Shown here piece after piece: positions 30,302-37,396 of a stretch of DNA of 64,000 bases (its first letter is position 1; each line of letters begins with the position of its first letter). Origin of the DNA: an uncultured Gemmatimonadota bacterium (lineage in GTDB: Bacteria; GCA-2686955); assembly GCA_964490075.1 (NCBI GenBank), contig CAZBBK010000004.1, forward strand, positions 62,001 through 126,000, written 5' to 3'. The position numbers and the translations under genes were made by a program. The notes under the pieces were generated by a model. It did no database searches. It had not been told where the DNA came from and worked only from the letters and a program-made list of their open reading frames with translations.

Positions 30302-31036
30302 AGCCATTTCTGGCGCACGGTCGTGCGCAGCGATCGCAAGGGGCTGAAGGGCGACCCGGCCGCGCGCGACCAGGGGTTCCGGTCGGCCGAAAACCGCAGG
30401 CTCGGCGGCGCGCGGGCGCCGACCGACGTGCGCATCAACGACGACGGCTCGTCGATGAGCGGCGGCGAGCGCAATCACTTCTTCCTGAGCCTGGGCTGCG
30501 GGGAGCAGTTCGCGGACATCTCCGCGATCTCAGGGCTCGACAGCGCGGCCGACGGCAGGGCCTTTGCCTGCTGGGATTTCGATCGCGACGGTTGGACCGA
30601 CATCGCCCTGGTGAACGCCAACGCACCGCAGCTCGGCATCTACCGCAACAACATGGGCGATCTGGAGAGGGCGCGCGGAGGATCGAAAGGCAGCATCGCG
30701 CTGCGCTTCGCCGGCGGCAACCGCCGGGCGCTGCCCTCCGGCGAGTGGAGCAACGCCGACGGCTACGGCGCGCGGGTGGTGGCGACTCTGAGCGGGCGCA
30801 GACTGACGCGCGAGCAGCGGGCGGGAGAGGGGCTGGCGGCGCAGAACAGCGCCACGATGGTGATCGGCATCGGCGCGGAGGAGAGGGTCGAGCGACTCGA
30901 GGTGCTCTGGCCCTCGGGCATCCGGCGCTCGATCGAAGCGGTGCCGGTGGGATCGCTGGTGGACGCCTACGAGGATCCGACGCAGTCTCCTACCGGAGAG
31001 GCGTTCGTGGTCTCGGAGTACGGAGCGGACCGATGA
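30302..31036 (+). CDS. ASPIC/UnbV-domain C-terminal part of the same CRTAC1-like protein, in frame after the TGA
   Basis: SHFWRTVV..., SMSGGERNHFF, ISAISGLD, DFDRDGWTD, SNADGYGARV, GEGLAAQNS, LEVLWPSG; no own signal peptide or obvious RBS. Confidence 0.85.
   Translation, partial: SHFWRTVVRSDRKGLKGDPAARDQGFRSAENRRLGGARAPTDVRINDDGSSMSGGERNHFFLSLGCGEQFADISAISGLDSAADGRAFACWDFDRDGWTDIALVNANAPQLGIYRNNMGDLERARGGSKGSIALRFAGGNRRALPSGEWSNADGYGARVVATLSGRRLTREQRAGEGLAAQNSATMVIGIGAEERVERLEVLWPSGIRRSIEAVPVGSLVDAYEDPTQSPTGEAFVVSEYGADR
30310..30330 (+). promoter_or_regulatory. Candidate bacterial SECIS element
   Basis: CU-(G bulge)-GCGCAC [GGUC] GUGCGC-AG hairpin; loop at +21..+24 counting U of UGA as +1. 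Confidence 0.65.
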
Positions 31037-31554
31037 CACAGTTTCTGCTGACCTGGGCCCTGGTGCTGGTGCAGGCCGCCCCGCGACCCGCGGACGCGGC
31101 GCCGCCCTGGGTGGCCGAGGCGCGCGAGATCGACCTGGAGAGCGTGCGGCTGCGGCCGGCGGGAACGCGGGAGAGCGAAGCGGCGCTGCTCAGCTTCACG
31201 ACCTTTGCGACCTGGTGCTCGGCCTGCAAGCGCGAGCTGCCGCAGTTCGACGCACTGCGAGCTCGATTCGGGGCGCGGGAGCTGCGCCTCTTCGGGGTCG
31301 CCATCGACGAGAAGGACACGCCGGCGAAGCTGGATGCCTACCGGCGGGAGCATCGTCCCGGCTACGAGCTACTGGGGGAGCTTCCCGCCGCAGAGCGGAT
31401 TCTGCTGCGGCAGGTGATCATCAAGGAGCTGGGGGTGGACGGTCTGCCCGCGACTGTCGTCACCCGCGGGGACGGAAGGGTGGTGCACGTGCAGAGCGGA
31501 GTGCCGACGCTCTCCCAGGTGCGACGGCTGCTGGTCGCCGAGGGTGGAAGATGA
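31033..31554 (+). CDS. TlpA-like thioredoxin-fold protein, exported
   Basis: Signal-like N-terminus, FATWCSACKRELP, cis-Pro GLPAT; ATGA overlaps with both neighbours. Confidence 0.85.
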   Translation: MTQFLLTWALVLVQAAPRPADAAPPWVAEAREIDLESVRLRPAGTRESEAALLSFTTFATWCSACKRELPQFDALRARFGARELRLFGVAIDEKDTPAKLDAYRREHRPGYELLGELPAAERILLRQVIIKELGVDGLPATVVTRGDGRVVHVQSGVPTLSQVRRLLVAEGGR

Positions 31555-33836
31555 GCCTCTTCGCACGGGATTCGGATCGGGGCGGCCGGAGCGAGGCGGG
31601 TGCGGCGGCGGGCCGGCGGGCGGCGCGCAGCGGGTTCCTGCTTCTCGCCGCCGTGCCGCTGGCGATGCTCTCGGCGGCGTGGCTCGCCCGCCGGCCGATC
31701 GCCATGAGCGCGCGGCTGGAGCAGATCGCCGAAGATCTCGATCCGGTGCGCTACAGGTCGGCGCGGCTGGAGCGCAAGGCAGCCGCGGAGGCGGAGTCGG
31801 CGCGCTGGAGCTGGCGCCACGGCAAGGCCTTGCTCGACGAGGGGCGCAACGAGGAATCGGTCGAAGCGCTCGCCCGGGCGCTGCGACTGGCCCAGGACCA
31901 GTCGGCGGAGGCGTCGTTGCTGCGGGAGCTTCGCGGCTCGCTGGCGACGGCCTGGTTGCGGCTGGGCGAGCAGCAAAACTGCATCGAGCGCCACAATGCC
32001 GATGCCTGTCTGCTGCCGATTCGCTCCGCGGCGGTCCACGCCCTGCCGCGCGGTTCGCGGCGGGCGATCGAGGAGCTGGAGCATCTGCTCGAGTCGGATC
32101 CCGACGATCTCGCCAGCCGCTGGCTGCTCAACATCGCTCACATGACCCTGGGCCGCTACCCGCGGGGCGTGCCGGAGCGCTGGCTGATTCCGGAAAATGT
32201 GTTCGCATCGGAGGAGTCGTTCCCGCGCTTCCGCGACGTGGCGGAGCAGGCCGGCGTGGCGGCCTTCAATCTGGCCGGCGGAAGTGTCGCCGACGATTTC
32301 GACGGCGACGGGTTGATCGATATCGTGACCTCGGGCATGGATCCGCGCGATCAATTGCGCTTCTTCCGCAACGAGGGCGACGGCACTTTCGCCGATCGGA
32401 CCGAGGCGGCCGGACTGCTGGGCGAATGGGGCGGCCTGAACCTGATCCACGCCGACTACGACAACGACGGCGACCGTGATCTGCTGGTGCTGCGCGGCGG
32501 CTGGATGAGCCTGCTGGTGGGGGCGGGACGCAGCGGACACCCCAACTCGCTGCTGCGCAACGAGGGCGACGGCACCTTCACGAACGTCACCCAGAGCGCC
32601 GGATTGCTCTCCTTCCACCCGACCCAGACCGCCGCCTGGGGGGACTACGACAACGACGGATGGCTGGACCTGGTGGTCGGCAACGAGTCGACGGCGGAAG
32701 ACCCCCATCCTCCGGAGCTCTTCCACAACCAGGGAGACGGCAGCTTCGTCGAGGTCGCCGCCCGGGTCGGCCTGGGCCCGATGGGATTCGTCAAGGCGGT
32801 GGCCTGGGGGGACTACGACAACGACGACCGCCTCGATCTCTATGTGTCGCGGCATGGCGCGAGCAACCTGCTCTTCCACAACGAGTGGCGGCCGGAGGGC
32901 GGGGTGGGCTTCGTCGATCGAACCCGGGAGGCCGGCGTCGCGGAGCCTCATTGGAGCTTTCCGGCCTGGTTCTGGGACTACGACAACGACGGCTGGCTCG
33001 ACCTCTTCGTGGCGGGCTACACCGATCCGGTCGATCCTCCGATCGAGGACGCCGCCAACGACTACCTCGGGCGGCCGCTGGTGGGCTCCGACCATCCGCG
33101 CCTCTATCACAACCGAGGAGACGGCAGCTTCGAGGAGCGCAGCGCCGAAGCCGGACTCGACCGCACGGTCTTCGTCATGGGAGCCAACTACGGCGACCTC
33201 GACAACGACGGCTTCCTCGATCTCTACCTGGGGACGGGCGCGCCCAGCTACCGCGCGCTGCTGCCGAATCGGATGTTCCGCTCGTTGGCGGGGATGCGCT
33301 TCGCGGATGTCACCACGGCGGGAGGATTCGGGCACGCTCAGAAGGGGCACGGGGTGTCGTTCGCCGATTTCGACAACGACGGGGACCAGGACCTCTATCA
33401 CCAGCTCGGGGGCTTCTATCCCGGGGACGCGTTCCAGAACGCGCTCTTCGAGAACCCCGGCGGCGCCAATGCCTGGCTCGGCCTGGAGCTGGTGGGCGTC
33501 GACTCGAATCGGGATGGCCTGGGGGCGAGGCTGCGGGTGGTGGTGCGGACCGCGGAGGGGAGGCGCGCGATTCGCGCGCTGGTGAGCAGCGGCGGCAGCT
33601 TCGGGGGATCACCCTTCCGGGTCGAGCTGGGACTGGGGCGGGCCGAGGCCGTAGAGGTGCTGGAGGTGCACTGGCCGGCGACGGGCAAGACCCAGCGCGT
33701 CAACGACTTGGCCCCGAATCGCCGGTACCGGATCCGCGAGGGCGAGAGCCGCGCCACGGCGATCGGATTGGAGCGATTCCGGCTCGGCGGAGAGGCCGCG
33801 ACGCGAGGGCCGGAAGGTGGTGTTATGCTTGGGTGA
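31551..33836 (+). CDS. TPR + FG-GAP + ASPIC/UnbV (CRTAC1-like) protein
   Basis: TM segment, LRLGEQQNC, WLLNIAHMTLG, many DYDNDG repeats, QKGHGV, SNRDGLGAR, SGGSFG, VHWP. Confidence 0.9.
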   Translation: MSLFARDSDRGGRSEAGAAAGRRAARSGFLLLAAVPLAMLSAAWLARRPIAMSARLEQIAEDLDPVRYRSARLERKAAAEAESARWSWRHGKALLDEGRNEESVEALARALRLAQDQSAEASLLRELRGSLATAWLRLGEQQNCIERHNADACLLPIRSAAVHALPRGSRRAIEELEHLLESDPDDLASRWLLNIAHMTLGRYPRGVPERWLIPENVFASEESFPRFRDVAEQAGVAAFNLAGGSVADDFDGDGLIDIVTSGMDPRDQLRFFRNEGDGTFADRTEAAGLLGEWGGLNLIHADYDNDGDRDLLVLRGGWMSLLVGAGRSGHPNSLLRNEGDGTFTNVTQSAGLLSFHPTQTAAWGDYDNDGWLDLVVGNESTAEDPHPPELFHNQGDGSFVEVAARVGLGPMGFVKAVAWGDYDNDDRLDLYVSRHGASNLLFHNEWRPEGGVGFVDRTREAGVAEPHWSFPAWFWDYDNDGWLDLFVAGYTDPVDPPIEDAANDYLGRPLVGSDHPRLYHNRGDGSFEERSAEAGLDRTVFVMGANYGDLDNDGFLDLYLGTGAPSYRALLPNRMFRSLAGMRFADVTTAGGFGHAQKGHGVSFADFDNDGDQDLYHQLGGFYPGDAFQNALFENPGGANAWLGLELVGVDSNRDGLGARLRVVVRTAEGRRAIRALVSSGGSFGGSPFRVELGLGRAEAVEVLEVHWPATGKTQRVNDLAPNRRYRIREGESRATAIGLERFRLGGEAATRGPEGGVMLG

Positions 33837-33952
33837 CGAGGAGGTGCTTTCGGGACTCCTCATGACCGATTCGGGCCTTCATCGAACACCACCGGCCAAT
33901 CCACCCAAGAGCCTATTGCACCAAGGCCTCCAACCCCCGGGGGGGGAAATCC

Positions 33953-34924
33953 ATGACCAAAGCACTCCTCGGCGCAGCCGCCGTCGCGCTGCTCGCGCTG
34001 CCCGTCCACGCCCTTGCCGCCAACCACTCCCACGACGCCGCCCGCCAGGGCGAGGCGGTCCAGGAGATGCTCGACGCCAACGGCGTGGTAGACACCGATG
34101 CCTACTACGAATACCAGCTGAAGAGCCTCGACGAGCTCTGGGACGTGCTCGACGTCTACGCCAGCACTCCCGGCGAAGAGGCCTACCTGAGCTTCACGAT
34201 TCACTGGACCAACGCCTCGATCGATTGGTGCATGTGGCTGGTGCTCGATACCGTGACCTGGGTGGTCTACGACGGCAACATCAACGGCACCATCTGCTGC
34301 AGCGGCAACTGGATCATCGACAGCGTGACCCCGCAAGGCGGCCGTTGCTACCAGCTGCTGGCGCACCAGACCGCCTGCTCGGGCTCTTGCGCCGACGACA
34401 TTTGCATGGACGGGTGCAAAGATTCACCCGGCTTCATCAATGACGCCACCTACGGCTGGTGGGGCAGCTGCACCGACTTCATCGCCGACGGTGCCATCAA
34501 CGCCTGCGAGTACGGCGTGACCACGCTCCACAGCTACGACGATATCAGTGGTGTGGTCGGGTCTCAGTATTCCGGTGTCACCTACTCGGCCGGCTGGCAG
34601 ACCTGGGATTCGCGAGGAAACACCTACTATGACCCCTTCAGCGATCCCAACGTGATCTACACCCACGAGGCGACCAATTCCGTCGTGTGGGAGCACAAAA
34701 TCAACAACCTGGATTTCTACGCCTCGACCTACGGTGAGGGCGGAGACACTTTCTACTACACCGTGTATGACAAGGACGACGTCCAGCTCGCCCAGACGAC
34801 CTTGGGGCACGGCAACAACCAGCTCGTGACCTTCAGCGCAACTGGGATCAAGAAGATGGTCGTGACCGGCACCGGCAGCTGGACGACGCACCACACGATC
34901 GACCACCTCTCCTGGGTGAAGTAG
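33953..34924 (+). CDS. Secreted cysteine-rich hypothetical protein
   Basis: Signal peptide ending ALA, GC3-biased codons, 10 Cys in the central region, tandem TAG TAG stop. Confidence 0.75.
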   Translation: MTKALLGAAAVALLALPVHALAANHSHDAARQGEAVQEMLDANGVVDTDAYYEYQLKSLDELWDVLDVYASTPGEEAYLSFTIHWTNASIDWCMWLVLDTVTWVVYDGNINGTICCSGNWIIDSVTPQGGRCYQLLAHQTACSGSCADDICMDGCKDSPGFINDATYGWWGSCTDFIADGAINACEYGVTTLHSYDDISGVVGSQYSGVTYSAGWQTWDSRGNTYYDPFSDPNVIYTHEATNSVVWEHKINNLDFYASTYGEGGDTFYYTVYDKDDVQLAQTTLGHGNNQLVTFSATGIKKMVVTGTGSWTTHHTIDHLSWVK

Positions 34925-34974
34925 TAGGGCGCGCGGCGCGGGCCATACGTTCGGGCCGGGCGCTCCCGCGCCCG

Positions 34975-35628
34975 TTGGTGGCGCTCGGGGTCTGGTTGAT
35001 GGTCGGGGCGGCGCCCGGCGCACCGCGGGCCGCCGCCGAGTCGGAGGAGCTCTACGATCCGGTGCCCCCGCCGAGCGCGGCCTATCTGCGGGTGGTGCAC
35101 GCCCGCCCCGCGGGCGCCGCGCTCGAGCCCGAGATCGAGGGCCGCGCTCTCGGCCCGGTCTGCTATCCCGGCGCGACCCCCTTCGTGGTGGTGGAACGGG
35201 GGCGGCGCGTGCTGCGGCTGGGCTCGGGCGGAGGGCGCGAGCTGGATCTCGAGGCCGGGCACTCGTACACGGTCGCGTTGCTGGGGGAGGCCCACGGCGA
35301 CTCGCTGCTGGTCCTGGACGACACCATCGCGGCGAATCGCGCCCGCGCCACCCTGGTGCTCTACAACCTCTCCGGGCTGAGCGCGGTGCATCTGGCCACG
35401 GCGGACCGCTCGGTAGAGGTGCTCTCGGATGCGGGGCGGGGAGCGCGCGCCCACCGCCGGGTCAACGCGCTGCGTGCGGATTTCGCGGTCTTTTCGGAGG
35501 AGGGAGCGATGGTGGCGCGCTTCGACGATATGGCTCTGGAACGCGGCGCGGTCTACAGTGCGATCGTCACCGGCCCGGCGAACGCGGCGCGGGCGATCTG
35601 GGTCGCGAGCGAAGTCGTGATGCGGTAG
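34975..35628 (+). CDS. algF: AlgF-like O-acetylation accessory protein
   Basis: Signal peptide, LYDPVPPPSAAYLRVVHA, ATLVLYNLS; upstream of MBOAT and AlgJ/AlgX genes; start uncertain. Confidence 0.75.
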   Translation: MVALGVWLMVGAAPGAPRAAAESEELYDPVPPPSAAYLRVVHARPAGAALEPEIEGRALGPVCYPGATPFVVVERGRRVLRLGSGGGRELDLEAGHSYTVALLGEAHGDSLLVLDDTIAANRARATLVLYNLSGLSAVHLATADRSVEVLSDAGRGARAHRRVNALRADFAVFSEEGAMVARFDDMALERGAVYSAIVTGPANAARAIWVASEVVMR

Positions 35629-35660
35629 TTCTACTTTGGTAGATTGGTGTTGGATCGGAC

Positions 35661-35687
35661 TGGATTCCGGCTTTCGCCGGAATGACG
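35661..35687. repeat. REP-like palindromic repeat, copy 2
   Basis: TGGATTCCGGCTTTCGCCGGAATGACG, identical to 26801-26827. Confidence 0.8.
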
Positions 35688-35792
35688 GGGAAGGAGGCGT
35701 CGACGGGTGGATCGATGGCTGCGTCTGCTTGCGGATGGAGCACACGGCTCCGCCGAACGCGCCGCCCACCTCTCGACGATCAGCCCCCTATT

Positions 35793-35826
35793 CGTCATTC
35801 CGGCGAAAGCCGGAATCCACGCCTGC
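35793..35826. repeat. REP-like palindromic repeat, copy 3 (inverted)
   Basis: 34-bp exact reverse complement of 26794-26827. Confidence 0.8.
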
Positions 35827-35982
35827 ACGACGGCCTCGAGCCGCGGGCGCCCGCCCAATTCTCGCAAAGTAGAATTTGGGGTTGCGCAAGGATAATTTGC
35901 TATTTTGGCATCCCATCCGCACCGCATCTGGGCGCCAAGATAGCGAACTACTCTTGCGCGAACCCTGAGCCCCGGCCACCCA

Positions 35983-37392
35983 ATGGTCTTCTCCTCCAAC
36001 ATCTTCCTCTTCGGGTTCCTGCCGCTCTTTCTCGGCCTCTACTTCCTGCTTCCTTTTCGGCGCCGCTCGGCCCTGATCCTGGTCGCCAGCTACATCTTCT
36101 ACGGCTGGTGGGACTATCGCTTCGTGGCGCTGATGTTCGCCTCCACCCTGCTCGACTACCACTGCGGGCGGAGCATCGAGGCATCGGACGATGCGTGCGT
36201 GCGCAAGCGCTGGCTGCGTGTCTCGGTGGTTGCCAACCTGTCGGTGCTCGGCTTCTTCAAGTACTACGACTTCTTCGCCCTCAACCTCGCCGCTTCGGCC
36301 GCCGCCTTCGGTCTCGAGCTGCCCCTGCCGCTTCTCGATATGGTGCTGCCGATCGGCATCTCCTTCTACACCCTGCAGTCGATGGGCTACTCGATCGACA
36401 TCTACCGCGGCCACGCCCGACCGGCCGGCAACTTCCTCGACTTCGCCGCCTTCGTCGCCTTCTTCCCCCAATTGGTCGCCGGACCGATCCTGCGCCACAC
36501 CGACCTGGCGCCGCAGTTTCGCCAGCGCACCCATTCCTTCGACTCCTTCTCAGCCGGAGCCGCGCGCTTCATGACCGGCTTCGCCAAGAAGGTGCTGCTG
36601 GCCGACGCGCTGCTGCCGCTCTCGGAGCTGATGTTCGCGCAGAGCGCCCCCAGCTTCTGCGACGCCTGGATCGGCAACTTCGCCGCCAGCGCGCGGATCT
36701 ACATCGACTTCGCCGCCTACAGCGACATCGCCATCGGCCTCGGCATGATGCTGGGCTTTCGGATTCCCGAGAACTTCCGTTTCCCCTATCTGGCCAGGAG
36801 CATGAGCGAGCTCTGGCAACGCTGGCATATCAGCCTCACCGGCTGGCTGATCGACTATCTCTACATCCCCCTGGGCGGCAGCCGGCGCGGGGTGGGGCGC
36901 ACCGTCGCCAATATCGTCTTTACCTTTCTGATCTGCGGGCTGTGGCACGGGGCGAGCTGGACCTTCGTGATCTGGGGTGGGCTGCACGGCGCGTTGCTCT
37001 GCGGGGAGCGCTGGCTGCGCGCTCGCGGGGTGCGCGATCGCCTGCCCGAGATGTTGAAGCCGCTGCGCACGCTCTTCATCTGGATCGTCATCGGGGTGTT
37101 CTTTCGGGCACCGGATCTGGAGATCGCGACAGGATTCTACCGGGGCATGATCGGACTTCACGGATTCGCCCTGAGCGATGCGCTGGCCTGGCAGGTCACC
37201 GGCCTGCAGTTGACCACACTCTGCGCCGCTTACCTGATGATCTTCGTCGAGCCCTTCTGGAGATCCCACCTGAGGCCGAGGCTGGTCGGGTCGGCGTGGC
37301 TGCCGGCCGGTGCGGCCTTCGCGGTGTTCCTGCTGGCGGTCGTTCGGCTCGCGGCGCGCGGCTACGAGCCCTTCCTCTACTACCAGTTCTGA
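35983..37392 (+). CDS. algI: MBOAT O-acyltransferase, AlgI-like
   Basis: MVFSS..FLF.FLP, LPIGISFYTLQ, FPQLVAGPI, WQRWHISL, GLWHGA, PFLYYQF. Confidence 0.95.
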   Translation: MVFSSNIFLFGFLPLFLGLYFLLPFRRRSALILVASYIFYGWWDYRFVALMFASTLLDYHCGRSIEASDDACVRKRWLRVSVVANLSVLGFFKYYDFFALNLAASAAAFGLELPLPLLDMVLPIGISFYTLQSMGYSIDIYRGHARPAGNFLDFAAFVAFFPQLVAGPILRHTDLAPQFRQRTHSFDSFSAGAARFMTGFAKKVLLADALLPLSELMFAQSAPSFCDAWIGNFAASARIYIDFAAYSDIAIGLGMMLGFRIPENFRFPYLARSMSELWQRWHISLTGWLIDYLYIPLGGSRRGVGRTVANIVFTFLICGLWHGASWTFVIWGGLHGALLCGERWLRARGVRDRLPEMLKPLRTLFIWIVIGVFFRAPDLEIATGFYRGMIGLHGFALSDALAWQVTGLQLTTLCAAYLMIFVEPFWRSHLRPRLVGSAWLPAGAAFAVFLLAVVRLAARGYEPFLYYQF

Positions 37393-37396
37393 AACG

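Noticed and set aside
29200-33400. Recurrent GACTACGACAACGACGG-like DNA repeats
   Set aside because: They encode FG-GAP DxDxDG motifs with irregular spacing; not CRISPR or a DNA-level repeat
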